DNA from: Octopus sinensis
Lineage: Eukaryota
Assembly: GCF_006345805.1 (NCBI RefSeq)
Contig: NC_042998.1
Coordinates: 175,274,001 to 175,338,000, forward strand
Direction: 5' to 3'
DNA length: 64,000 nt
In this document: positions 1 through 14,000 of the stretch, in pieces
Layout of the letters: each line of letters begins with the position of its first letter
How positions within the stretch are numbered: the first letter of the stretch is position 1
Notes under the pieces: model-generated
Seen by the model: only the letters and a program-made list of their open reading frames with translations
Told to the model about the DNA's origin: nothing
Databases searched by the model: none
Position numbers and translations under genes: made by a program

Positions 1-160
1 TGGTAATAACACTCCAGTTTCATAACATTTCCACTCAACTGTTCATTCCCTACAACATTTGTATACTTTTGAACTGGTTTTGCACAGAGGTCACCGGGAC
101 TCCCTCTTTCATCTGGAGTAAGAATTAATTTTTTCTCACCTTACCCCTCCTCCCTACACA
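1..160 (+). mobile_element. Degenerate Penelope-like GIY-YIG endonuclease C-terminal remnant
   Basis: Reads TPVS*HFHSTVHSLQHL...LE*ELIF, resembling the PLE 'PVAxHFNxxxHS...E..LI' motif; followed by low-complexity (CA)-rich DNA. Confidence 0.45.
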
Positions 161-1041
161 GTTACACACACTACACATTTCTTACCTTCCTACTGCCCCC
201 TCAACTTCTATCCCCCTCACACTAGCACCCACACTTCCCTCCACCTACACTATTGCCACCTGTATTCCACCTAACACCTATTCAATATGACACACTCGAC
301 ATCCTCCTATAATACACACGACAGATTGCTTCACATGCACACATACATAGGACCAAATACACATACACAAGCATATGAAAAATACAGGCATGCATTAAGC
401 TTCTCACAAACACACACACATACACACTCTTGTCTGGTAGCCTCATACACACACACCAATTGAAAATGGACATAAACACACACATGCATGCACATAAACA
501 TAGTATATGTACATGCAATTGCATCTCACACACATGTACACACACACATCCTAGCTACATATGCATGCACACATAAACATATGCATACTTGCACACACAT
601 ACTCCTCCAAAAGCCTCATACATACACATGCCTCTACACCACACATGTATACATACATATAAACACACAGAATATATACACACAGACACATGTACATTCA
701 CATACACACATTAGCTTTATACACAAACATGCTTGCTCTCACACACACACATGTAGAAGTGCTTACTCACACACACATACATATGCCAGATCACTATTAT
801 TCCCCTTACCGCCCATGCTCCAAGCCAACTTCTTCCTTTTCCAGCCATTTCAGCATAAGATAACTATCTAATTGAAATATATACGTTCTTTTCTCTCTGT
901 GCTTTTTTTCTCTTCATCTATCCTTTCCATAGAAGAGCATATGCCCAAAATGTTAAAAATATTCTAATTTTGTGAATGTAAACCTAATACACATTTTTTT
1001 ACCAAATCTTCGGGGTTTTTTTTTTACTTTTGTACTCTCTT

Positions 1042-1091
<50 letters not shown>

Positions 1092-2027
1092 AGCATATTA
1101 AAAACAAAACAGCAAAAGTCAAAAGAATGTACCCAGAGAATGTATAAGGTTGACGCTCAGTATAAGATGGTAGAAGGATAGGGCATGTAACATTTCAAGG
1201 ATGAAATTTTGTCAGAAAGAAGAGAGATAGGAAAGGTCCAGTATAAGTACACACACACACATATATGCAACAGACTTCTATTGGTTTCCATCTAGCAAAT
1301 CCACTCAAGCTATAGTAGAAGACACTGTGCAACTGAATCCAGAACCAGGTGGTTGAGAAGCAAACTTCTTGCCGTATAGCCACACCCACACATATATAAG
1401 ATCCAAGGTATATAAACAAAAATGAGCTAAGAAAAAGAATTTAAATCAGTCAGTGGCATGTAATTAACAAAAACAAATACAAGCATATCAAAAGCATACA
1501 ACATAAATTCTTGATTTATGAAAGTTATCTCTACTTCTAGAGATGTGTCATAATAACCAAATGGCAAATAAAACCGTATTAGAAGGAGAAATAATATCAA
1601 GTGTCAAGAATTTGACCATGTTGGTATGTTATTAAAGAAAAGGCAAGCTTATATATAGAGAGAGGGTTCCAAAGAATAAACAGAAACACAAAGAAACAAA
1701 CAGAATATTCACACAAGACACAGATGTTGCTCTTTCTTCATCAGTATTTGTCCAAAAAATCCTTACAATTTCACATCTTTAACTGATAATATTGTTCCTA
1801 TTTGGTAGCATCAACAGCAAGAAGCTGGTGGGAATAGTGAGCGAATGTTGAGGACAGAGGTGAAAACAAACATGGTACAAATGTGAATATATAAACAAAA
1901 TAAAAGATGAATATACACAAATATATATATAAGTTCAGTAACATTTAGATTCAGATGAATATGGTACTTCAGTTAAAGGCACCAGAATTTAGTATGGTAT
2001 TATCCATATAATTCAAAGTGGGGTGAT

Positions 2028-2300
2028 TATAATCAAAATAAGCAACAAGGATATCCAGAGGGAATGCAGTACGATTGCTTCATGCGATTCCATTTAATTA
2101 AACAATACAAACATTACATCAATTTAAAATGTAGAGCAATCTTCAGCTGCATAAAAATATAGAATTTAGAATTTTATGCAGCTGAAGATTGCTCTACATT
2201 TTAAATTGATGCAATGTTTGCATTGTTCAATTAAATGGAATCGCATGAAATGATCATACTGCATTACCTCTGGATATCCTTGTTGCTTATTTTGATTATA
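2028..2300. repeat. Long palindrome (about 129-bp arms, about 15-nt loop)
   Basis: 2028-2156 is the reverse complement of 2172-2300 with scattered mismatches. Confidence 0.9.
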
Positions 2301-3743
2301 TACATATATGCATATATACACACATGTATGTACATACCTACATATATATGTATATAGACATGCATATATGGGTACAGGGCGTCAAAAAAAAATGAACAAA
2401 ATGAGAAATGAGAACCTAAAAAACAAAAGCATGGAAAACAAACTTTTTGGAACAACAAAAGAAACAAATAGGAAAACGAGACAGGCAACATAAAGAACAT
2501 TTCAGGTAAAGCATTTCACTGTCTCAGTGGGGTCTTTGATTAATGAGAGACGGATATGGAATATACGAGAATCTTTATTGATCACTACAACTGTTTCAAC
2601 CCATCCAGCATCAATCCCTCATGGGTGGAAGTTTAAATGTCCGGTTTAAATGTATCCTTTGGTGTAGATGTGTCTCCTCAGATGATTGCAATAAGTATCT
2701 CATTAAAATAAACTCTGCTTCACGAGATTTCTTTTTTGTCTTTGTATATAATAGTGGCAAATTAAGGTGTACAGCTTCATTTTTATAGAAGATCAATAAC
2801 AAATATCAGATACAAAAAGAAAGAAATATACAATACAGCAAAAAAGGTATTAAATATAACCATTAGTAGATATGGATGTACAAACGCCCACACATACATG
2901 GTCTGGTACACATACACTTGCTTGTGGTAATGCAAGTGTACATATAAGCATACATATAACCAAACACACACACATAATATTAATAATTTGTATGATTTAT
3001 CTGAATCAAAATATTTTGCTATTAAGGACACCAAGTTAGAGTCAAGGTCAGCATATTTGTGTATATACAGTATATGAGCACTCAAGCATATATCAATGCA
3101 TATATATCCAAACACATATACATGAACACATCAATATAAATATGCATGTATATATGAAATTATATACGCATGCATACCAGCATGCAGTTTTATGATCCGT
3201 TGTGATTTTGAATCCAGCATAGAGAAGGTTCCCAATGTGGCGTTTACATAGAGAAAGAGCACAAATGGGTTGAAGTTCCCTATAGCTATTTCAGACACAT
3301 ATTTATTGATGAATAAACCGATTACATCATTAAAAAAAAAGACATTTTCTTCAGATGAACTAAAAGTTTGAAATGCAAAATTTAAAATATGATTCAGAAA
3401 AAATGCCAAGCTATGGAATGTATGTTGAACCTGTATGTTGGCTGTATTTTGGTATAGATTCACTCTCTAATGTGTTGCCCATTTTGGCAACAGGTTAGAG
3501 AGTGAAGCTATACCAAAATACAGTCAGACAACATTTGGGTAATCTCTCTTTATCTTTTACTTATTTCAGTCATTTGGAGCACTACCTTTAGTCGAGGAAA
3601 TCGACCCCAAGACTTATTCTTTGTAAGCCTAGTACTTACTCTATCGGTCTCTTTTGCCGAACTGCTAAGTTACGGGGACGTAAACATACCAGCATCGGTT
3701 GTCAAGCAATGCTAGGGGGACAAACACAGACACACAAACACAT

Positions 3744-3776
<33 letters not shown>

Positions 3777-4996
3777 CATATATACGACAGGCTTCTTTCA
3801 GTTTCCGTCTACCAAATCCACTCACAAGGCATTATAGCAGAAGACACTTGCCCAAGATGCCACGCAGTGGGACTGAACCCTGAACTTGTTGCCCATTTTT
3901 GCTCTCTAACTTGTTGCCCATTTTGGCAACAGGTTAGAGAGTTAATCTATACCAAAATACAGTCAGACAACATTTAGGTAATGGTAATAAATCTACAACA
4001 GACAAAGCTACACTAAATTATTTGTTTAAATAGATGGCAAGAGATAAAGACGTAGAGAAAAAGAATGGAAAGAAATAAAGCTTAAGAGGGAGGCAGTGAG
4101 AAAGAAAAATAGGGGTTAGGTGGGAGTCTATCAATGTAGAATAGTGAAGACAAAATTACTGGTGCCAACTGTTAGACCACAGGCCACCACCTCCATGTCA
4201 AACCGTCCAACCCATGCCAGCATGGAGACCAGATGTTAAATGATGATGATGATGATGATATGTATATATGTAGGTGAGGGACAAGGTAGTAAAGCATGAA
4301 CTTTGAATGATGGGCCTCATGGAGGTGACAACAAGTGATCGAGACTTTCAGTGATATGCTGTGCTTGAGAAGACTTGTCAATCCAAGTGACATCATAGTC
4401 GTGGCCATTGCCAGTGTCATGTTAATGACACCTGTGAAATCGTAGTCGTGGCTGTTGCTAGCATCATGTAAATGGCACCCATCTCAATGGCACGTAAAAA
4501 GCACTTGTAAAAACTAACATTTCATTTTCTGAGCTGAGATTTGAAACCGAATGTTTGGATTCTCACTCGCATGATCTATCACTTTTTGACAGGTGATGGA
4601 TGGATTTCCATTTGACCTCCGACCTGAGCTGTGTCACTGAAGGTTCAACTGGACAGCAGGTGACCTAGATAAGTACAAACTACTCCTATGGTATATCTGT
4701 TCTTCTAGCTACAATGACCATTATAAATACGGTTTCCTTAGACACATGACAGATAGCCAGACAGCTAGCAACAGGCAAACAGTCAAGAGAGGCAGATGGC
4801 AGGCCATGAGCAAGCAGTGACTGGCGACACAACACAGTAGCAGTTGCAGAACACTAACAGACAGGACAGAAAAACAACACCACTTGACCAAATGGCCAAC
4901 ACACTCACAGACATAAAATATGCCTTGTACTACCTCATCAAATTCACATTTTACTTCTCTTGTTTGTTTGTTTTTACTTTGCCAACTTGAGGCAGT

Positions 4997-5920
4997 TGTA
5001 AACAACCATGTGAAGTGAGGTGATGAGAATGGCTCCTTTGCACAACACGCGGTTGATACAATAAATATGAAAAGAATAAATGTGTATATGTGCCAGAAGG
5101 AAAAGAGAGACACAACAGGGTAGAATGTTTAAGAGAAGATTTTATTTATATGTTAACATGTGTGTGCATCATATATGCATAATAATAGACAGGCCATCAT
5201 GAGAACAAAGTGTGTGTGTACAAACATGGATGTACACATGTGTGATAAGTACAGAGCATTGAAAGAGTCTATAATAGGACGTTAGAAGAATGTTCAGACA
5301 CAAGGATGATAAATACCAGTTCATAGTCAATGTACACAATAGTTGAAATGCTGTATCAAGAAGTTGCAGTGATGACACAGAGTCGGAGCAGTACATGTCG
5401 TACGAAGTTGTGGCTGTAATGCTGCCACCTGGGTTACTTGGTACAGGAGTTCTCACAGGTTGTATATTGCTGTTAACCATGGTGAAGTGATTCACAAACA
5501 GTGCAGTGCTGGAACCTGTGCGAGCATTGTTTGTTGCCGTGTACGTAGGTGATGTTATGTTAGGACGAATGGTGGCAACAGAGATGGAGGTCCTGAATGC
5601 TGCTGGACGAAGTTGATGAGTTTCCATCTGGCTGCTGTTGTGTTGTTGCTGGAACTGGCTGTGTCCTGTGTGGTCAGTGGCTTGACCTTAAAAGGTCTGG
5701 AACTGAAAGACCTCGACTCAATGTGAAGCTAGAGTTTTATAGGGTGCAGTCGGCTCACCGGAGTTTTAGAAGAGGCTGTCTGACATGACCCTATCAGAAG
5801 GCTGTGATTGGTTGGGTTGCAATAGATCAAGAGACAAGTTGCGCCAATACCAACCAATCACAGTAGTGGACACAAATGGGGTCCAAAAGAGTGACCGACG
5901 GCTAGCTGTTATCTACTACG
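4997..5920 (-). mobile_element. LTR-like element A (CCAAT pair, TATA, leader hairpin, AATAAA)
   Basis: Minus strand starts CGTAGTAG (probably decayed TG) and ends TTTACA. Inverted CCAAT pair, CTATAAAA at 5742-5735, AATAAA at 5146-5141; shares a leader motif with 49207-50447. No TSD found. Confidence 0.5.
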
Positions 5921-6358
5921 TCCATATTTATGTATATATAACAGAGAGAGAGAGAGGAATTTTCCCTCAAGCATACGCTACACAGTTGATAACTTAATGT
6001 AGCGGCCTTCTTTGATATTGTAAGTCAAGCTTTGTGTATCCAGCACATAGATGCAACTGTTGATCAAATAAATTGTTTAAACTACATTCCGAAGCTTTCC
6101 TCATTGTTTTCCTTTCATGTCGTCCAACACGCCTATCTTCATCTACCACACCCAACAACGTACATTGAACCATCAACAACACATTTCGTTACACAACCCG
6201 CTCCACACTCATTACACTCATGGAGTGGTTGGCGTTAGGAAGGGCATCCAGCCATAGAAACCGTGCCAAATCAGACAGGAACCTAGTGCAACTCTCCAGC
6301 TTATCAGTTCCAGTCAATATGGAAAGTGGACGTTAAATGATGATGATAATATATAATA

Positions 6359-6872
6359 CTAGCAGTATCGCCCGGCGTTGCTCGGGTTTGTAAGGGAAAT
6401 AACTATATAAGCATTTTTAGAGAGTTACTTCCCTTATAGATGCCAATTCGGGCTTTCTTAGCCATTTCTGTTTTGGTGTCTTCAAGCCATGAAGTCGTTG
6501 TTCTAAAAGAACGCTGGTCTCCTTGACAACGCTTTACGACGTTGATTTCCTTACACTCCCTTCCCCACAGCTTCACGAGGGAGGGAAGAAGGGGGAGAAG
6601 CAACACAGGTGCAGGTGTGACCATGGACGCCAACTCTGCCGCCATCGACACACGAAAAATTATGCATTAAAATGGAATAAAAAATTATGTTAAATTATTT
6701 TAAAAATCGTAGACTCATCATAGACGCGCGCTAATAGCCAGACGGACTCGATATTAATCACGACTATAAGATACCCGAATTTGGTTAAACTGCACCGCAC
6801 AATGTGGGAGGAGTTAGGAATCTAAATCGAAAGGGACAGACACTCACACAACTACAGTTTTATATATATAGA
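6359..6872 (-). mobile_element. Non-autonomous Helitron, copy 1
   Basis: Minus strand has 5' TC, a subterminal hairpin CCCGAGCAACGCCGGG and 3' CTAG, inserted between A and T with no TSD. Confidence 0.88.
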
Positions 6873-8301
6873 TTATACGATTATACGAGTTTATGGTATT
6901 CTGAAACCATTCTCAGACTATAAACAGAGTTGGGAATCTATTCAATTTGTTATTACACACATTATCTTCTTATTGAAATCTTTTTTCAATATATCTATCA
7001 ACATCAGTGAAACTATCACGGGAAAAATCCAAACAATGTTGAAAATTCCGCACATTGATACCATATTTCCATTGTTTTGATACTTGCTGCCATTGTTAAC
7101 AAATCTTCAAATATATCAATTTTTCATCTATTCTCGATACTCAATTGAAATAATTTTGTTACATTTATATCCCAATATTTTATAAGTAATCATAGCCGAT
7201 CTAGCAGAAAACATACTGAATACAGAATGTATTACATGAGAAAGCCGGATAAATATTATTGGGTGACTGTTTTTCTTTAAGCCAAAAGCTAATGTAGTTA
7301 TCTCCCTTAGCTTGTATGGTTTACATTGCGTAATTCGATGTGACGAAACAACTGTTCTAGTTACAAGTTAGCATATTTATAAACTACTATTGACCATGAA
7401 TGTTTTTAACAACCATTAACTTTGAAGTTGCATCAAAACTAACTAGCCTTCATATACTGAAAATTCTAATTTATGCACCGCTTTGTCATAGAGATAAAAC
7501 GTACTGTAACTTCTTTCCAGTAAGAAATAAAAATATTTTGCAAGTAAGTATTAAGTTTACCAGTTTTACATTTGTTATTAAGAGGTTATAAATTGTCAGA
7601 TGATTGTGTGAAACTTCAAAGAATAGCTTCTTTATTATTAAGTGTTGCTGTGCTCTTGTTTCACTCATAACAAGTCATTCACGTTCATTTTTTTCAATAC
7701 AAATAAATGAAACATATTTGTTTATGTCAGTTTCTTTTATTCCCTTCCTTTAGTTCATATCCATTACACATGCAACAAAAATTATTAGCTTTTAATCCAC
7801 GATCTTCTAATAATCAGTTGTTTGTTCGGTGGAGTTTCGGAATATTTTTCAGTTCCTTATGGGGAAGAAAAATAGCACGGAATTAGGAGTGCAAAATATA
7901 AACAATTTAAATTCTAGGAGAAAAAATTCCGTTGTACGAAATACAAATACTGAAAAATACACACACACACGCACTCACTATCTCTCCTTAATTCCTTACC
8001 CTTTTCCTTCTACTTTAGGTTGTGATTGTTATTCCGAAAGTCCGCCGTATGTTCTATTTAAACAATGTAAGAATGAAAGTTTTATATCAGTTTTCGTGAT
8101 GAAGACGGTGCCGCAGTATAACTGCAGTCCATTGATCGAAACAAGCGAAAGAATATGTATGTATATGAATACGTGTGTGTACACACACGCACATACAAAA
8201 AAAAAATGGTAAAATCAGTATTTCTTCTCATAGTGGTAGTAATTATAATCTTTCTTCTTTTCAGATTTCTTTTATCATCAGAAACTTTATTTCACCAAAG
8301 A

Positions 8302-8381
8302 ATGTCGGTGCCATCAAAACCCACTGACCTCCCTAGAGGTTTAATAGATCGTAAAGGGACACCTGCTGGTCGAAACACAAG
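8302..8381 (+). CDS. POLR3D: RPC4 coding exon 1 (MSVPSKPTDLPRGLIDRKGTPAGRNT)
   Basis: Acceptor ttttcag ends at 8264, ATG at 8302, donor AG|gtgagg at 8382; phase 2 fits the next exon. Confidence 0.85.
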
Positions 8382-11017
8382 GTGAGGCATTGGTTATTTA
8401 GTTTAAATTTATTAATTAGTCGTTAACAGTAGTATCTTCTATTAATATTTCAACTTTATTAATCACTAGCTTAAAAGCCACATTCCGTGGGTCTTATATA
8501 CATACATACATATATATATGTGTGTGTTGTAACTTTGTGTCTGACCCCCACCACTGCTTGATAACTAGTGTTGCTGTGTTTACGTTCACGTAACTTAGCG
8601 GTTCGGTAAAAGAGGCAATAAAAAAAGTACCAGGCATAAAAAAAGAAAGAACTGGTATCAATTTGTTTGATTACAATTCTTCAAAGCGGTGCCCCAGCTT
8701 GGCCGCGGTTTGATGACTGAAGAAGATGAAAGAACCACTAAATTCCTTAGTAAAAATTAAAGCTAAGGGAGGTAACTCTTGTACCTATCACGGTCGCTTT
8801 ACCTTCTAGAAATAGCAACCCAAATGCTTTAAATCAAATCCCAATGCTGGATGTCCAAGAACCAAATGAAGGGCAGGTTTTCAATCCTGGGATCATCCCA
8901 ATTCTAAAAAGATATAATATGTCATGTAGAGTAAATGTAAACAGATACAGGGGTCCCAGACAGACAGAATTTTGCTTTTATTAATATAGATTATCATCAT
9001 CACCATCATTTAATGTTTTTCGTTCTGGCATGCATTGGACGGTTTGGTTGAATCTGGGAAGCTGCAGGGCTGTACCAAGCTTCAGTGTCAGCTATGCCAT
9101 GGTTTCTATGGCTGGATACCCTTCTTAGTGCCAACCGACTTGCAGTGTGTGTTGGGTGCTTTATTTGTATCACTGGTACTAGTGAGGTAAGTTACAGAAC
9201 AGAAAAGGAAAAATGGAAAAAGTACCCCTCTTTTTGGATGGGATGTTAGTTAGAAGTGGTGGTTTTATATCAGGTGCTGAGAGGTTAAAGTATGATAGAG
9301 GGACAGAAGCAATTGTCTTGCTGTAGAGGAGACACATAACTACTCCATATTATATAAGGATGAGTATTTGTAGTCAAGGAGAAGATAACGATAGTAGTGA
9401 TGGAGTGCTATCGTGTTTAATAACAAGTCTTCTTTGTTATTCAAAGTTTAAATGAACTTAAACAGAATTATCATCATCATCGTTTAATGTTCGCTTTCCA
9501 TGCTAGCATGGGTTGGGCGATTTGACTGAGGTCTGGCGAACCAGACTCCAGTCTGATCTGGCAGGGTTTCTACAGCTGGATGCCCTTCCTAACGCCAACC
9601 ACTCCAAGAGTGTAGTGGGTGCTTTTACGTGCCACCGGCACGAGGGCCAGTTTTGGTGTTAATAGCAATGGCCACGCTCAAATGGTGCTTTTTTATGTGC
9701 CACCTGCACAGGAGCCAGTCCAGCGGCACTGGCAACGACCTCGCTCGAATGTTTTTTTTTTTGTATGTATATGTCTATCATGTGAAATGCACCAGTACTG
9801 TTATACTCACAATATATACAGACACTATGTGCCTGCATTTCAAATAACAGGGAATAATGTCCACAACCTATGGTGGTTAAACATTTTAACTGTATTGATA
9901 CTAAAACATAGGTTAGTATAATCTACTTTCTATTCGTAACAGAAAATAATAATCAAGGAAATTAGCATTCATGGCTGTGTGGTTAAGAAGTTTATGATCC
10001 CAAATTTTATCCCACAGCACTACACTCTTTGAATGTGTCTTCTATCATAGCCTCAGGTTGACCAGTACTCTGTAAGTAGAGTTTGGTTGAGAGCAACTGT
10101 GCAGAAACCTGCCATGTATTCTTATATTCTTTTACTTGTTTCAGTCATCAGATTGCAGCCATGCTGGGGCAGTGCCTTCAAGGATTTGGTCAAACAAATT
10201 GATCCCAGTATTTATTTTTTTTTCTCAAGCCTGGTACTTAGTTAATTGGCCTCTTTTGCTGAACTGCTAAGTTACTGGGACGTAACTATACCAACACCAG
10301 TTGTAAAGTAGGTCAGGGGACAAACACATACACTCACACATACAATAGGCTTCTTTCAGTTTCGGGCTATCAGATCCACCCACAAGGTTTTGGTTGGCCT
10401 AGAGCTATAGTAGAAGACACTTGCCCTAGACATCATGTAGTGGGACTGTGCTTGGGAAGAAAGCTTCTTACCCATGCAGCCACAGCTGCACCTTTCTGTA
10501 TATATGTAATATCATCATAATCATATAACATCCATGTTCCATGCTGGCATGGGTTGAACAGTTTGAGAAGGATCTGATGAGCCAAATGACTGCATTGTGT
10601 TCCAGTGTCTACTTTGAGATGGTTTCTACAGCTGGGTGACCTTCCTAACACCAACCACTTTACGGTGTGTACTGGGTGCTTTTTTCATGCCACTGAGGTA
10701 ACCATGTAGCTTGCAAATCAACAAAGCCTGGAAGGGAGGATGCTGCATCTATATGTTAAATGGGGGTTGAGGTATGAGGGAAGAAGTTGGGTGGAGCAGG
10801 TTCTCATAGAGGTGCTACATGGCTACTTGCATTTAGGAGAGAGAATGAATAAGAGGTATCTCCAAGGAGATAGATGCTGGTGATGGGGTGTCCAGGTGGC
10901 ATCTCAGGTAACAGGAGCAGGAGTGAGTGGGGGGAAGTGGAGGTTTGCAACAGTGTATGGGGGAAGAGATATGCAGTGTTTGGGTATGCTTAGGATAGTG
11001 ATGATTCTGTTGACAGG

Positions 11018-11054
<37 letters not shown>

Positions 11055-14000
11055 TAGTAGCATGAAACAGTGATGAGAAATAACAAAACTTTAGGTTAGT
11101 TCAAATGTGTTTATGACATATTTTGACTTCTAAAGGCAATTTCACTAGAATTTACCATGGAGAAAAATTCTCACTTAATAGTGATCTCTATTAAACTCCT
11201 AGATACATTTGTGACTCATTATGCCTTCCTCAGTTGGGGATGCCAAAGAGAGGTAACCTTGAGCTGATGGTAAGCCATAGCTTTAGGATGAATCAATACT
11301 AGTAGACTGATTTGTGCTCATAGACTGCTTGATCTGAACAAATACCCTCTTCCATGTTTGCATGGGTCAGGTGGATTTTACTGAGGCAGATTTTCTACTA
11401 CCAGATGTCCTTCCTTTCACCAAACCTAATCTGTTTCCAAGAAATATAATATATTTCACTGGCCAGACATGTTTTTCACAGAAGGCTACAAAACAACTAA
11501 ACTGTAAATTAAAACAAAAGGAACTTTTTTAAAGCAGATATCACAAAATTAAGTTCATCAATTTTATTGAATTACTCAGACTAATCTACTAAAGCATTTT
11601 TATAAATGTTAAATCAATCAAACTAAGCATTCATTATTTTATATATTATAGAAATATATTATCATTGTTTTTAATTAAAATATAATCATCATACCAAATA
11701 GTGTTGTGCAAACCTTTATTCTCAATAATATATTTTAAAAGCATAAACTAGGAGATGAGTTGATAAATCAGGAAGGGCATCCAGCTGTAGAAACTCTGCC
11801 AGACCAGATTGGAGCCTGGTGCAGCCATCTGGTTTGCCAGACCTCAGTTAAATCGTCCAACCCATGCTAGCATAGAAAGGAGACGTTAAACGATGGTGAT
11901 GAAGATGTGGCTATGAACAAAGTTTTGGTATCACTGATTCAGTTTTTATTATATGGCTTAGTTGTTGTAGAAACGTTTTTTCTTAGGCACTGGTGAATAT
12001 ATTCAAGGTAAAACCAGAAAATTATGTGAGATGTGACTGGAAGACTTGTTTGTTAATTGTACAAAATGCACAAAAATACTGTGATTCAATCAGTAATTCA
12101 TTTATTACTATATATAATCTCTAATTGTCTTGCTTTCAAAAAAAAAATTCTTTATCATCATCTCTCTTTCCTTCCCTTTGTTTTCTGAACAATTAGTTAT
12201 TCATATGCACATCCTGTGGTGTTATGCTTTGAAATCAAATATTGTTATCCCTCTGCTGTTTATTTACACCGACAGGTTGCCTTCAATTCGTGGTCCCCGT
12301 GATTTGACTCTCGGTGGCATCCCTAAGAAAGTTTTTATGCCAAATATTCCTTCTCGAAGATCAAAAGAAGAGTAAGTAGAAGTTTTCTTCTTTGCAGTTT
12401 CCATGTCTTCTTTTAATACTGAGTGTAGTATATATCTTTACCCATTATTCATTTTATGATAAAAGAAAAAGTTTTAGTGCTTGGTTAATGAAAGTTTACG
12501 GGTCAATTGTTATATTTATTAACAATATTTTACATATATTTACAATTCTACAATTCAAAATGACCACCATTTGTTTCTACCATAGCCCTTAATCTTTTCA
12601 CAACTGAAGTGGATGACTTATTATGTTTAAGTAACGGGTAAATGTATATGCTGCACCCAGTATATTTCTCAGATGATTATTTTATAAATACTGAGAGGTA
12701 AAAGTCTATCTGCAAGAAACAATGCATTTTGTAGAGGAGAACAGATCAATTGGGTGAGTTATTGAACTACCAGCTTCATAGATATTAAATGTATAACTAC
12801 TTCATACATTTGAACTGTGTATTTAGTTCTACATACTTCAGTTCACTTTATTATTAAGTATAAGACCTGGGTATGTACCCTGGAATCAAATTATATTGTT
12901 GGGGCTAAGTGCTAATCCTAATGAAATTCTCAGAGACTTTGGGAACATATATTTTGTTTTATTTTATATTATAAAGTAACAGATTACCCTGCTTGTCTCA
13001 TTTCACTGTTGAGGAATGAGCAGTAAAAACAGCTTCTAACTGTAAAAAGTAGTTAATTTATATCTTTATATGATGTTGGAAAAAACATATTTGTAATTGT
13101 TTATATATTACTAATGGTATGATAAATTCAGTGTGAGGTGATAAAGTCATAACTGAAGCTTAAATTACTTCATTTTATACAGATTTATTCTTTACATTCA
13201 CCATCACTGTTTATCAAAAATTGATCTGTATAATTGGTTTTACCTGACTATAGTTATTTTAGTCTGTGTAATTAGCTAACTGCTATGGAGTGTAATTTAA
13301 GAGCTCAGCATGCTGAGTAAGTGGTCTCATTTTAATTCTTTGGTTGTAACTATTGCTGCGATGGACTGGCATTCCGTCCAGCTGGGGGGAACACATACGC
13401 CATGGAAACCGGGCCCATGAGCCTGGCTAGGCTTGAAAAAGGCGCATAAATGAAAAATAAACTATTTCAGTTACATAACTGATGCTCTTAGGAAAGCATG
13501 AAAATCACAACCTTATTTACCTTCTCTAATGATCTTCAGCTTCATGTCTGTGAAAGGTTTTGTGAAACTACACTAATGCACCTTCTGAAAAACTATTATA
13601 GCATCAGTATAACTTCATTGGGGAATACTTGTTATACCGAATGGAAAAGAAAACAAGAAAAAAATTGCTGATATTGTATCTAAAGTAGCCAAGCAACAAA
13701 ATAAAGATAGGTTAAAGATATTGGTTTCTAATTGCTGGGCATGGTTTTAGTTATATTATTAATGCACTCAAGGTAGGTATGAATATTACATAGCACTCTG
13801 TTGACTCTGCTAAGTATTTTATGTATCATACCTGCCTAACATATGATACATAAACTAAAAAAAAAAGCCTTATTTAGTTGGTTACTCAATAATTATTGTT
13901 GACATTGTACCTTCTGTAGAAGTGCCAGCAGTACAAATTTGAAATCAGAAAGCAAACAACAAAGTCCCAAATTAGATCGTCATTCACGGCATGAACGAGA

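Noticed and set aside
282-871. His/Thr-rich and Cys/Val-rich ORFs
   Set aside because: Translation artefacts of degenerate (CA)n microsatellite.
3131-3463. 110-aa ORF or coding-like segment
   Set aside because: Non-ATG start, no recognisable motif, and no splice sites linking it to a gene.
6942-7093. Divergent small ORFs upstream of POLR3D
   Set aside because: Only 25-40 codons with no homology or splice support; expected by chance.
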